DNA of 63,244 bases, filler included, from Reticulomyxa filosa (Eukaryota > Protista > Foraminifera): assembly GCA_000512085.1 (NCBI GenBank). It is 20 parts of 20 records of this genome, joined end to end, with 100 filler letters (N's around TTAATTAATTAA, not from the genome) between each part and the next. Parts side by side here need not be neighbours in the genome. Positions count along the whole stretch, not along the records: positions 48,229 to 51,612 come from ASPP01038820.1; positions 51,713 to 53,942 come from ASPP01018548.1; positions 54,043 to 59,823 come from ASPP01002626.1; positions 59,924 to 61,214 come from ASPP01019263.1; positions 61,315 to 63,244 come from ASPP01027942.1; 15 more parts are not named here. One strand, 5' to 3'. A program made the position numbers and the translations under genes. Below, in pieces: positions 48,229 through 61,425 of this stretch. The notes below the pieces were generated by a model, which was given only the letters and a program-made list of their open reading frames with translations, was not told where the DNA came from and ran no database searches. Each line of letters begins with the position of its first letter. The first letter of the stretch is position 1.

Positions 48229-51200
48229 GCACATTTTCGGAAAATCGGAAGTTTGCATCGTTTCCAAAAATGCTTCAACGATATCATGATGCATTTGACT
48301 TGTTGAAAACATTAGAACAGCCAATGAATATTTTAGATGCATTGAGAGAAAGCAATGCGTTTTGCAAAATATGGAATGAGGTTAAGCAGTCTTGCGAAGG
48401 AGACTTGAAAGCAGTTATGGAACAATGTGTGACGCAGGCAAAGGAGAAATGGAAGGCCTTGGCTACTTCCGTACATAAAAAGTCTCTCGTCCTTGATCAA
48501 TTAACATGGTTTATGGAAACGAATTTGGCCATCGAAATCAGTCTGCTGTTTGCTGACGCTGATAAACCTGAAATTAATACAGCAAAGCGAGATGAAATCG
48601 TCCGCAATCTTCAGTGCATGATCGACAAGGTTTCGAAATTGAGAGAACTGATAGTTCCTTGGAAAAAAATGATCGAAACCACCAACATTGTCAAATCATT
48701 GCACAAACAGTCGAAAGATATCACATTGGGTGACAATTGGAGTAAGTTTGTTGTTGCAGTTGGCAACATTCGTGACCTATTTCTGAACGAACACAAACAA
48801 TTGGAAGACGAATCCATGACATTGGTATCGGTGTCGATTGAAGAGGCAATCCAATGTTTTGACATTTGTTATAAATGCTTTCAAGATAAAGCATCAAATT
48901 GTATTGAATTTCTGGATTTGTGTATCAAGAACCAGTCAAAAATCGTCGAATTAGCTACGAACAAGAATCTGTGCGATCCTGAGCATTTCGAGCAGACGAT
49001 GGAAACACTGGACAATTGTAGAGATATGAAATTCCAAGGATTGGTGAGCGCATTGCGTGTGGCTTGTGTCAATCTTCGTACCAAGATTTGGGACGTGCGT
49101 TTTCAATCGATGACTGATCTGGCCAATGCTATTCTCTCTCTGCCAAGCAGTCACGACGAGTTTGTAATCAAATTCAGCACGTGCTGTGATGAGGATCTGA
49201 GTCGCATTTCTTTTTATGTTGAAGAGGCTGGGAAGCTGCAAAATCAACAAAGCTTTGACTTGGTGCATGATGCAATGGAGAGGGGGTATTGGACCTTTGC
49301 CACACGTGAACAAATTTTAGGCTTTCACACACACGAATCGAATCGAACGCATAAGCAATTGGAAACTGAGGCACTTTTGTTGCATGTAGATGATATAAAT
49401 GGAAATAACACGACAATGGATTATGAGAAACTGGAGCGAAGTATTGATCGAGTGTTGTTAGGGTATTCCAAAGAAAAGTTGAAAGATGCCAAAAAACTCG
49501 TAAAGCAACTGGAAATTTGCAAGGAGATAAGCTCTTATCGCATCGAATTTTGGCAAAAGGGTGGAAAAAAAGAAGACGGACTGACAAAGTTGCAAACGAA
49601 AGAAAAAACGCAAGTGTTTGAAAAAAAAAAGTTGGAATGGCAACAAAAATTGCAAAAATGGAATACTATTCGCATGAATCTACGAGAAAAGTATCCTTCA
49701 CTCAATTATTTTTGCTTTTGCGAACTTCAACTGTTAATGAAGAAACTCAACGATATCTTGCTCTCGGACCAATCGCTTTGGGAACTCCATGCATCACGAC
49801 ATATTGTTCCTTTACTGCAACGATTGGATCATCAGTATTCCAATGGATTGGAATTTCTGCGAGAATGGAAAAAGATATCAACATCCAGAGAACTCGAGAG
49901 CAAAGATCAACGTGATAGCAATGAATATGTGGACGTGGAAGAACTTGGAAATATCATGGACGCAATTTGGAAATCTTCCAAGAATAATCAACTCACTGAT
50001 ATCTCCACTCTTTGTCTATTGGACGCAGGAAAGCCCCATTTACTATTCGAAAGGAACACTAATGTGTTTTGCGTCTTTGAATTGTTCCAATCCATTGGCA
50101 TGGTCCCTCGAGCAGAGCATATTCTGATTTGTAAGTCCACCACATTAGAGGAAGAAATTGAGTGCTTACTGTTTCGGGCCATCATGACCGCCAAAACAGC
50201 AACAAGTAAAAAAGCACCATTGTACTGTTTGATATGGCCAGAAAATTTACCTGAAGAAATTGTCAAGAAAGTGGTTAAGCTATTTCACTTGTTATTGTTA
50301 AGCGAAGCCGCATTACAAAAATTAGGAGCAATTCCATATTTACTTGTGGTCATTTCTTCCAGTCTTAATAACGCTTTATGTCATACATTGCTTCCGTTTC
50401 GGTTTCATCAGCCCATTTTATTGTCCAAAGAAACTGCACAGGTGATCTTTTCACAAATGTATTGCAGCAAGTGGACCTCGTTTGTAGCCCAAAAACACAC
50501 CAACAAAAAGCCATTTGTGCAACTCTACACATCCAAACGTGTTGGAATGGGCAAAAGCTATAAAATTCGAAAAGAGAGCCAAAAAACTTCTCAATACGTA
50601 TGCATTGCATTCAACAGTAGTGACATTGAATGGAAATTTTTGGTGCAAAATTTCTGGAGATATCACCCTTCTCAATCCGATCTCGCGATTGTACCAAATC
50701 GAAAGATTAGTGATCACGATATTATCGCATTTCATTTGGATCTATCTTCATCCATTTCCACGGAAATCAATAACTTTTTATTCGAATTGCTGTTTTTACA
50801 ACATGTTAATACTGGTCAAAACATTTTGGAATGCTTTCATGTGAATCACAACATGGTCTTTTTTATCGAAATCCCTTCCAAATTGAGCGACGACAAGCAG
50901 ACCCTCCAACAATTACTTTACACTTTGTTTGGTCCCATTGCTTTTCCGATTCTTGATGTCAATACTGAAAATAATCCTTATGTCTATGGGGAAGAAGCGC
51001 AATATGCGCTCAAATGGATACGGGAATTCGATGCCAATCATCTAAAGTCTCGAGAGAAAAAAAAACAATATATTTTTTATTTTTAAATACATATAATTTG
51101 ATCTGAATAATTATATGTATGCATATATGTGTGTGAAACAAGAAAACATGATCCAAATCCACAAGGAATCCCGGATCTGAAATCGGATGAAATACATGAG

Positions 51201-51612
51201 TTTATTCAGAGTAAAATATCTGCCATCGCATCGTTAACATATTTGCATCAAACATCATTCTTTCGCTACTGCTTCCAACAATTCCCTCGTATTGCCCAAT
51301 CCATGTATATTCAGAATTCTGCATGGATCGAAAAAAATGACGCTGAAGACAACATCTCTTTTAAACATATGATAACAAAATCTGTCCTACAAATTGCGGA
51401 AGATTTGAGTACCCGCTCGTTTGGCAACACAAACACGAGAGGATCGGGAGACGAAGGTACTGGCGAGGAAGAATTCTTTCTATGTAAAAAATGGCACGAC
51501 TCCAAAAATCCACTCTTTTTATGTAATCACGACGAGGGTGACAAGAATAGTGAAGGTACATTTTTTGTTTATTAAAAAAAATAATAAGGAGGGTTTGTGG
51601 CAATGAGATGTT
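48229..51612 (+). CDS. RNF213/mysterin-like giant AAA+ protein, internal fragment
   Basis: Ordered motifs REKYPSLNYF..ELQLL; GKPHLL; PRAEHILIC..T..EEIE.LL.RA; LYCL; TSKRVGMGKS (Walker A-like); FHLDLS...FLFELLFL; FFIE. ORF of 938 aa or more; probable short intron near 51060-51140. Confidence 0.75.
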
Positions 51613-51712
51613 NNNNNNNNNNNNNNNNNNNNNNNNNNNNNNNNNNNNNNNNNNNNTTAATTAATTAANNNNNNNNNNNNNNNNNNNNNNNNNNNNNNNN
51701 NNNNNNNNNNNN

Positions 51713-51752
<40 letters not shown>

Positions 51753-53502
51753 AAGAAGTAATAATTACTCAATAGACCCAAACACGATTGATAACATTGA
51801 TTTGTATACCAACAGCTTTGCAAAGTATCTACACGGTGAACACAAACCCAATAACAACAGACAAAACTTACTCGGCAATGAACCCATTGCGAGGTCTTTC
51901 TCCAACAACGAGGGGACACAGACCACTTTGCACGCAATGCCAAGCAATGACAACCCACTGTTTGCCAATTCACTCATTTCAGCCACGACGCCGGAGACGT
52001 TCACAATAGGATACTCTCTGCCCAAAACTCCAATGCTGACAATTTATCTCTGCTTTGGCAGTCCAATTTGATATTGCCATCCTCCATTGGTCAGCATTTT
52101 TGTGTTTTCGATATATGTTATTTCTATTTTTATGTAAATATATCTTTGCGGGATTGGGTTATCTTGTTACAACATGCTTTGTCATCTTTTGTGCTTTGGA
52201 CTTGACAAATCGAATAGCCCCCTTTCCAATGGCATTTGGAAGTCAAAATGGCCTTGACTTTGACTTTTCCGCAAGTCTTGGCAATGGTGATGATAACGGC
52301 AAAGATCTCAACCATTCCAATGCAACTCCGTTTCCCAAAATGTCCTGGGGGTTTGCTGTTCTGCCTCCATCTTTGCTTGGAGGGATGACCGGATTGGGGA
52401 CACCGATGTTTACGTCACTTCAGTTTTGTCGATATTTTTGAAGTCATATCTTTATTAAAGAGTCACAACAGATCAACCATACTCACAATGAACAATAACA
52501 ATAACAATAACAATAATAAATAAATAATAATAATGATAGGGAGAACACAATCGCAAATGAGAGCTTACTGCCGACAATCCCAACAATGAATTTGAACGGA
52601 TTTGGAGGACGTCTGAATGCTTCCATCAATGATGGAGGGGGTGGTGCACTGACTAAAAGCAAAAAACGAGTGGCTCCGAAGATTGAGCCTGACGGGAACA
52701 CGGACGTGATCAACCCGAGCCAGGAGAATCGAGCCGTCACTCTTCCTCCGAAAAAGAGACGTCGATTAATGTATGAGTTTATTCAAGGAAATAAGAGCGA
52801 ATCACGATTTGACGACACCATTGATGCATCTCATGTGAAAGGGAGTTGCGAAACAGGATATCGTATGATTTTGGAAGAACCTGTTCGCAAAGACATGTTA
52901 AGTTGTCATCAATGTAAAAACAAGAAAAAATTGGATGATGTGATCATATGTGGACATGTTTACATGATAAAACATACCATGAAAACGTGCACCAAAAAAT
53001 ATTGCAAGTCGTGCTTATTGAGATTTTATTTAGAAAGCCCAGCCAACAACAAAGATGATCCAGCATGGCCATTATGGAAATGTCCTTGTTGTCGATTTAT
53101 TTGTTGCTGTGCCTGGTGTAGAAAAAAAAAAGCAAAACGATCTGAGGTATTTGTTTTTGTTTTGTTTTTTATCAATATACCATGTACATAAATATATACA
53201 TATATATAACATTTATAACGACTCGGCTTTGCTTTTCAAAAAAAAAATAAAAAAATATGAAAGGAACATGCCAACTTAAGTGTTCGTGCTAATGCACACC
53301 GCCTAACTCCTGCGACTTCGCTCGCACGTAAATTGGTGACAGAAACAGAACTAGAAGATAATGATACTCATCTTCGCCATTTGGAAAATCAAAACTGTAA
53401 TGGGTCCACTAATAATAACTCGCGTCGTTCGCTGACGCTTCCGGAAGATTTTTTTAAACAGCCAGTGATTGATATAAAAACAGAACAGAATACAATACTA
53501 TG
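51713..53502 (+). CDS. zf-4CXXC_R1 zinc-finger protein (5' partial, multi-exon)
   Basis: SCHQCKNKK...C...CTKKYCKSCLLRFY.E...WKCPCCRFICCCAWCRKKK, with NLS PPKKRRR. Domain lies in ORF 52586-53147. Confidence 0.82.
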
Positions 53503-54042
53503 ACGGACCGAAATAATTTTTAAAATTCTTTTTCACTTTAAAGAACCAAGTGTTTGTGGTTTGTTTTGTTTTCAATAATAAACTTTCCCTATCTGCTGCA
53601 AATGGGTTGCGTTTTTTTTTAATAGTCAAATGTTTGATTGTGGATGACAAGTACTTCTTTTTTTTTTCTTTTAAGAAATTTTTCCGAATTTTTGCTGGTG
53701 AAATTTTGCAAAGAAGTATTTTTTTGTGAATAGTTTGGCATCTTTTTTTAAAAAAAAGAACCCCAAAAGATATTAATAAAAAAAAAACGAGCCAAGTCCC
53801 AAAAGTTCACAATAGTGTTGCCTTCAACAAGACAAAAACAGAAAAGTGTCACATTTGCTCAAAGAAAAAGAAACGACAGAAAGAAAAGAAAAAAAAAAAA
53901 AAAAAAAAGAAAAACAAAAATAACGAAGAACAAAAAAGGAAANNNNNNNNNNNNNNNNNNNNNNNNNNNNNNNNNNNNNNNNNNNNTTAATTAATTAANN
54001 NNNNNNNNNNNNNNNNNNNNNNNNNNNNNNNNNNNNNNNNNN

Positions 54043-55612
54043 TTTTTTTTAAGTGTACAAACATAAATAAGTAAATACATAAAAAATGTAACATTGAGAA
54101 AGTCAAGTTTTGGATCCGAAATGACCCGCAAAATGTCTTTTCGATCAACAAATAGTGCACATTTAGGTGGACAAGAAAAATAGCGCGTACCACGGAACAT
54201 TCCATCGGAATCACCCTCTGGCTCTGCCAAACGCACGCCAAAGATCGTATTATGTTCCACGCCTCCAATCCACTTCACCTGGCCTTTCCTTTCCCCTGTC
54301 ACTACCACAGCGTCTCCAATCAATGCCGCAATTGACTTTGTTTTGTTTTTTCCGAGTGAATGGACGTTGCACGTATAAAAAAAAAAAAACGTATAAGCAT
54401 CAACACATAACTGGTAGATTTGTCACATTGGAGTGGATATCGACATCACTAAGCTCTTGCTTTTGGGCGGCAGAGTGTCGCTGTTCCTTGTCTCGATCCA
54501 CCTGCGTGACTAATTCGCTGAGTGTGTGCGAGCCCACTCTTTTGAAGGCGCGACTGTTTCTGTACTTTTCTTCCATTGCCTCTTTTTGCTCCAATGTCTG
54601 GCGACGACGTATTCGTGGAGGTGGAGTCATCCCACCTACACTCTGCATTTCTGTGTTGTCCCGTTATGTTTTGTTTTTTTTTCCCCCATTGTTGTTTGTT
54701 CTTTATCCCTTTCAAACACTCGTGCATGCATGTATGTGTGTATGTTGTGTGTGTGTGTGTGTAGAGTGCACGGCATACCATGTGAAACCAATCGTGCAGA
54801 TCGTAGATCGGTGTCAATAGAAGGCATACCTTGTTTTTTTTTTTGTACGTATATATATATATATACATATACATGTATAGATATATTGACAGAAAGGCAA
54901 TAAATAAAGCAATAGGGGAAGACAATAATAACAAACTCGATTTAAGTTGTGAAGGAAAAGTCCGACTTGACAAATGATGAAGAAACGATGGAGCGAACAA
55001 TTCCCTACGCAAATCCTTGGGTGGAAAAGGCCATTTCCCAATGCTGTCGTCGATGTCAATGATGAATTGGTATTGGTTGTTTCGACGATTGATGCCAAGC
55101 GTGGCCGATATTTCAAACAGTTCATGTTCCACTAACTTCTGCTGTATATCTGCGATCAGCGCTGATTCCTCCAACTGAGTGAAGTACGAGTGGTCCAATG
55201 TAAATGCACTGTCCACGTCATCTTCAAACAACAGTACGTCAAATTTGTTCGGTTGATTTACTTCCGTGCTCGCTGTCATATTCGAAAGTCTATTTTTTAT
55301 TTTATTTTTGTGTGTTTGTTTTCTTTTTTAAAAAAGAAAGAAACGTTTTTTTTTTTTTTTGGTTATAATAAACAAAAAAAAAAAGTGGGATACCGTTTTT
55401 GTTGCAACAGTTGAGTGTCCACGCCTTGAACTGGTATTGGTGGTGCTTGCGGTTGCACACTCCAGAGCAGCAATATGCGGAACTTTGGAGGCTTAAACAC
55501 ATCAGACTCTTCCTCATTTCGAACACTTGTGGAAGCGTTACGCTCGTCATTTAACTCGTCATTATCGTCGTTATCATCATTGTCATTATCATTATCATTA
55601 TCATTGTCATTG

Positions 55613-55651
<39 letters not shown>

Positions 55652-56475
55652 TCCTCTTCATTGTCATTAATAACATTTTTTTCTTCTAATCGTTCGTCGT
55701 TGTCATTAATTTTCCCTATCCTTATGTCCACAAATTCGTTTTCATCGTCGTCCACTTTGATATTCAATTCTTGCTGGTCTGTCTCAGTCCCCGTCGTTTC
55801 CATCTCTATCCTGATCTCTGTCAGAGTCTGCGTCTTTGGATCAGTCGCTTTTTTATGTTGCACAAATTGTTGTCCTGATTCCATCGCATTTGGAATGGCA
55901 TCGCCACCTGTCTCTTTTCTCGCCTTGTTGTCGGCATTGGTCGGCGTCGCTTTCTTATTTCTTTTGTGTGCCTTTTCTTGCTTCAACAGCTTGGCCGCTT
56001 TGGCTAATGATCTTTGATGCTCGCGAACCCCTTTTTGAACCAGTTTCGACACCCGCGCCTCGCGCGTTTGCTCCTTCTTACGTTTGTCCATATCTTGGTC
56101 TTTGTATTCGTCAATGAGCTTCAGCACCTCTTTCTCCGCAAAGTCTTGCTGCAATTGGTACATCTTTTGCACTGACGGTGGCACGTACATTACTCCTGCA
56201 GGTCCGATCATCCATGGAGGCACGGGTCCATGGGAATATCGCATGTGCTCTTCCATGTACGCGCCACTCACTTTACCCTCCGCGATCGCCTCACTCGTCG
56301 CCATTGAAAACGCATCGAACACAGGCATGTGATGCATATTGCGAGGATTACCACTGTGATGATGATGATGATGACCACTTTCATTACGTGGATCCAATGT
56401 CAACTCAAATGATAATATTCCAACCAATGGGGCGTCGCTGTAATTACTAAACACTTCGATTTCTGTGGCTGTCAT
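54043..56475 (-). CDS. Multi-exon protein with a CAP-Gly domain (3' partial)
   Basis: IGDAVVV...GQVKWIG......GVRLAEPEGDSDGMFRGTRYFSCPPKCALFV at about 54140-54325. Linkage to upstream exons (54400-54650, 54960-55279, 55400-56475) is inferred from intron-like gaps. Confidence 0.65.
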
Positions 56476-56554
56476 TTTTTTTTTTTGTTTTTTTTTTTTT
56501 TTTTTTTTTTTTTATATGCACCATTTTATGTACACCTAATGAAACGCTGTAACA

Positions 56555-57010
56555 TTATGGTTTGTATACACTCATATACATTATATATGTGTATATACGC
56601 ATCATTCGCATTTTTGCAACTTTGGAAAGTATTTTGTTCGGTATTTGCTTGAATTGACCGTCCATCCACCACATTGGCTTACTCAGTCGGCCCATAAATG
56701 TGTCGTTACTAATCTGCAAACGGATGCTCGGTGGATATATTGCATAATCGGGCTTCACTTGACCCCAACTCTTATTTGCGTCCATAGAACTTATTACACC
56801 TACTCCTACTGTCGGATCGCCGCCCAAGCACAAACTTGCCCTTCGGCTGTTTTCTGTGAGTAACGTGTTATCTAAATCTATATCGCCACTCAAGAAATCT
56901 TCATTATTGCTTAGATTTTCCATCTCTTCTTTTGCAGTATTATTATAGCATTTAAGGAAATGCGCTTTTTTTCCCCAAGACGACTGTCCGTTTGAGACGG
57001 AAATCTTCAA
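56555..57010 (-). CDS. Probable upstream exon, unknown function
   Basis: 151-aa open frame with coding-like composition, followed by a poly-A-rich intron-like gap. Confidence 0.4.
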   Translation of the reverse strand: MKISVSNGQSSWGKKAHFLKCYNNTAKEEMENLSNNEDFLSGDIDLDNTLLTENSRRASLCLGGDPTVGVGVISSMDANKSWGQVKPDYAIYPPSIRLQISNDTFMGRLSKPMWWMDGQFKQIPNKILSKVAKMRMMRIYTYIMYMSVYKP

Positions 57011-57381
57011 CGTTTCGTTTCAATTTTTGTTTATAATGAATTGGAAGATAAACTATTGTAAGAATAAAATATTAAGGAGTTATATATGCTGGCATATAAC
57101 ACTTCATATTGCTTATTCCGGCTAGTATTTATATTCGTACGAGAGAGTTTTTAAACGGATTTATAAACCTAAAAGAAATAAAAAACAAATTTTATTGCTG
57201 TATTTTATACTTAAAAACAGTTGATGTTAATTTTTTTTTGACTAAACACTAATATAGTAATTGTACGCGAACAAAGAGGAGCAGAACTAAAGCGTTGCCT
57301 CTAAAAAAATTTAAGATAATTGAGGTGTCCCCTAATCATCTTTCTTCGAAGCTAATAGAGTATTTTGTACTTTAAGAAAAA

Positions 57382-58435
57382 ATGCGTCACTTTTCCAAAA
57401 GCATTGGGACTGTCAATAATCGTTTGGGACGTGAAGTTGGAAAGTGGTTAAATTCAACAAGCACGGTGACAAAAGGCGCAGCAACAAATCAGCTGAAAGG
57501 TGTTTGGCCGATTGTAGCAACTCCATTTCACGCTCAGAATGAAAAACTCGACTACAAGTCGTTTGAAAAAATATTGAGCTTTTTTTGTAATGAAATAAAA
57601 GTGAGCGGTGTGACAGTAATGGGTGTGTTAGGTGAGTCGAACCGTCTGCTGGACAAAGAGAGAACAGAATTGACAAAAATAGCAGTGAGTGTGTGCCAAG
57701 AGACAAAAACACCAGTATGCGTAGGTACGTCTCACAGCGGCACCTACGCAACAATTGAGCGAAGTTTGGAAGCATTTGACTTAGGTTGTTATGCAGTAAT
57801 GATCAGTCCATCAAAAGAAACATTTACAAACCAAAAAGTAGTATACAATTATTTCAAAGAGATTTGCAAACATTTATCGGCCGAGAGACAGCAATGGATT
57901 GTATTGCAAGACCATCCTCAATCAACAGAAGTGAAAATGGAGTTGGAAACGATAGAGTCCATGGTGCAAGATTTCTTACCTATTGCTTGCATAAAGTTGG
58001 AGTCTCTACCCTCTCCGACAAAAATAAAACAGCTGCAGCAGTTCATTACAAAAAATGTCAAACGAGAGGTGACTTTGCTTGGTGGCTTGGGTGCTTTGTA
58101 TGGCTACTTTGATTTACAGTCACTAAGTGATGGCTTTATGACTGGCTTTGCGTTTCCTGAAATATTGCAAGCCATGTATTTGAATGCACGTAACTCGGAC
58201 AAATGCTTTCAAATTTATGCAAAGTATTTACCACTCATTGTTTTTGAGCAACAACCAGGGGTCTCTTTGCGGAAACATTTGTATCATATCCGAGGCTTAC
58301 TTGCTGACACTCATGTCCGACATCCTGGACCGTCCTCATCTGTTCATATGTGCAATTGTTGCGCCACACCTTCAGCAGTGTATTGGAGCTGAACAGTACA
58401 ATAAGACTGATTTTACTAAAAAGCTCAAAGTTTGA
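57382..58435 (+). CDS. DHDPS/NAL-family class I aldolase with putative mitochondrial presequence, intronless
   Basis: GVWPIVATPF, MGVLGE, VLQDHP, Schiff-base Lys in IKLE, LGGLG, GFMTGFAFPE, VRHPG. The main frame stops at 58392; a +1 frame runs to 58435, so the C-terminus is uncertain. Confidence 0.88.
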
Positions 58436-58776
58436 AGGGCAGCTCCTTACGTGATTAGTTTTGTTTTAAAAAAAGTCAGTTTATCTTCTTTTATTTTTTT
58501 GCGATATTAATTAATAAATAAAGTGAACATATTTGTTAAAACAAATCTTGCACAATTTATTTCATTTTTTTCCCTTCAATTTAAGCAACTTTTATGTTTT
58601 TCAAGTTTCATAAGCAAAATATGTTCGAGAATAAAGCATTTAAAAGTAAAAATAATAATGAGGAAAAAATATTGCCTTCTTCTACATTTGACCAAGTTGA
58701 ACTAGTTTTGGCACAATTTTAGTAAAAGTAAACGTGGCTCTGAACCCATTAAAAAAAAAATTGGCTAGCCTTTTGA

Positions 58777-59453
58777 ATGTCAACAGATTATCAATCGTTT
58801 GGAAGGGGACATTTGAACATTGCAGGCTCCTCAAAATGTGTTGGAGAAAATGAAGGTCGTAGTTCATTTGTATCAGGGGAAGGCATGGCGATTTATCAGA
58901 GTGTATATTTCTTGAAACGTTTGAACAATTATCTACAAGGAAAAGAAGGTCCGATTCCTTACATACTGAGATTACAGCCCCATTTCGTGCAATACCTTGA
59001 AGCAGCACAAAATGCGAGAATGAATCCAAATGAAACAGCGCCAGCAGCAAATGGAGCACATGGCGTTCAAACTACAAATCAAACACAAACACAAAGCCAA
59101 CATCAAAGATCGAGCGAACAATCGAAACAAAGCAAAGAAGAAGCGACAATCCACAACAAGTTGACAAAGCAACAAGAAGAACTACGAGAAGAGATCAAAT
59201 CCTATCAAAATCATATCCGAAATAACAAAGAGCATAAAAATAACCAATTGCGTATTTTCAATGAAATTGCAGAGTGTTTGGACAATGATTTTGTGTTTGT
59301 GGATGCCAACGGAGCGATAGTTAATCGACTCATGTTTTTGAAGTGGTTGCAACGTTCTTACGCTTTGCATGCGTTTTGCAGTTTTGAATCGCAATCAAAA
59401 AATATTTGAATGATCACCTACATTTGTCTCGAAATTGCGTGGTGCATTAATTG

Positions 59454-59485
<32 letters not shown>

Positions 59486-59700
59486 GTGTTTAACTTTTAG
59501 TTATTTTGACATATTTAACCAAAAAACAAAAAACAAAAAAAAATGAATGTATGAATAAATAAACAGACGATTGTTATTGGTTATCCGAAGACTCATTTGA
59601 GACGATACGTATGATGGGTGACTATCACATTGTGTTAGGAAGAACATGCACAAATGATGCCATCGGCCAACTGTGGAGACTCGTCAATGGGATTGATGAA
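58777..59700 (+). CDS. Hypothetical protein, coiled coil plus possible NTF2/DUF4440-like domain
   Basis: 210-aa ORF. IAECLDNDFVFVDANGAIVNR resembles the SnoaL/DUF4440 pattern. Second exon likely near 59567. Confidence 0.4.
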
Positions 59701-60622
59701 ACCAAAATGAATTGGAATCGAAGTTTCGAATCATTATTTTCCAAAAAAAAAAATAAAATAAAAAAAATAATAATAATAATTTTTGAATGTGTACATATGT
59801 GTATGCATTGGAATGGATGTTACNNNNNNNNNNNNNNNNNNNNNNNNNNNNNNNNNNNNNNNNNNNNTTAATTAATTAANNNNNNNNNNNNNNNNNNNNN
59901 NNNNNNNNNNNNNNNNNNNNNNNTTTGTGGACACTCGATTTCCATTGGGCTGTTTGCAAAAGTAAAACTTTTCTATTCAAGAACAAAACAAGTACACAAA
60001 GATCAATCAAAGTTATTCTTTGCACTTTTTTAATCTGTTTACATTTGCAGAGAGTTAGAACATTTTTACACTGAGCTTTTCTAGATTCCCTTTTTTTAAA
60101 CAAAACATAAAAAACAAATGAATTTTTGGAAAGGCAATATCAATTCATTTTATCTTTCAAAATTATTACAAACAAAAAGAAAAAATTCAATTTATCAATA
60201 AACTTCTATTATTCAAAGTTTATAAACTTGATATTGAATAAATGAGATATTAACTTGGGATGAACCAGTGTTATGTTGTTTTCAATAAAACACAAAGAAA
60301 TACAGTTGGAAATAAAATAATTTTGTCAAAAATTTGCATATAGGACCTTGTATTAAAGAAAGTAACATTCCCAATTCGACTTATGTCACGGAATTCGTAC
60401 GTCCTTTGGTAAAACCACAAATCAACAAAGTATAAGCATCCTTTAAAAAAGTAATGTACGTTATGTTTAACAAAAAAGTTAACACGTTGAATGACCAGCA
60501 ATAAATTACAAAAATACATAAGCTTGATAAACTATTACTTTATTCTCAAAAAAAGAATTTGAAACCTGTCACTAACTTTTCTAATGAAAAAGTTCAAGTT
60601 TTGAAATTGATAAAAAAATTAA

Positions 60623-61214
60623 ATGATGATTATTACAACTTTCAAAAGAGTTGGCCTTAGGCAAAGAGCACTAAACAAAAGGCCAATATGGAACCTCATT
60701 CCTTATGTTCTCATTAGACAACTTCGTCAACCCAACACGTATCAAGTAGCATTGGATGAACAGCACCAAAGGGCTCAATACATTAAAAAGCTAAAAGGAC
60801 AACAAGGTGCATTATCAAAAACAACATCACCCCCTGAATCAAGACATGAACGATCATTAATTCAAAAAATGGAATCTGATAAAGAAATAATTCAATATCT
60901 CAAGGAGAGTTCATCTCAAAATACCTCTCTCTATGCTGCAGCTATTAAAAGATGTTCAGAATTAAAATGTCCCAATTCAATCATTCGAATAATTGAAATT
61001 GTGCAAAGCAAACATATTCACCCAGATATAATATTTTATACCACAATTTTACATCATTTGGGAATGTGGAATAAATTTGATTTACAAAAACATTATTTTC
61101 AACAATGGTTTGAAAAACAACAAGATCAATTTGATCATCAATTGTTGGTTCCTGATATCATTACATTCAGTACAATGATCAAAGGATGCACAAAAAGAGG
61201 AGATTTTAAACAGG
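60623..61214 (+). CDS. Pentatricopeptide-repeat (PPR) protein, 5' part, putative mitochondrial presequence
   Basis: PDIIFYTTILHHLG and PDIITFSTMIKGCTKRGD are PPR motifs. Arg-rich, acid-free N-terminus. Confidence 0.8.
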
Positions 61215-61314
61215 NNNNNNNNNNNNNNNNNNNNNNNNNNNNNNNNNNNNNNNNNNNNTTAATTAATTAANNNNNNNNNNNNNNNNNNNNNNNNNNNNNN
61301 NNNNNNNNNNNNNN

Positions 61315-61425
61315 TTGGTATTACCAGTGGTATTACCAGTGGTATTATCGTTGATATTATCGTTGGTATTACCATTGGTATTGCCATTGGCATTGCCGTT
61401 AGTATTGCCGTTGGTATTACCATTG
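61315..61425. repeat. 12-bp coding repeat (NGNT/NGNA/TGNT units on the minus strand)
   Basis: ggtattaccagt/ggtattgccgtt-like units. Confidence 0.8.
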
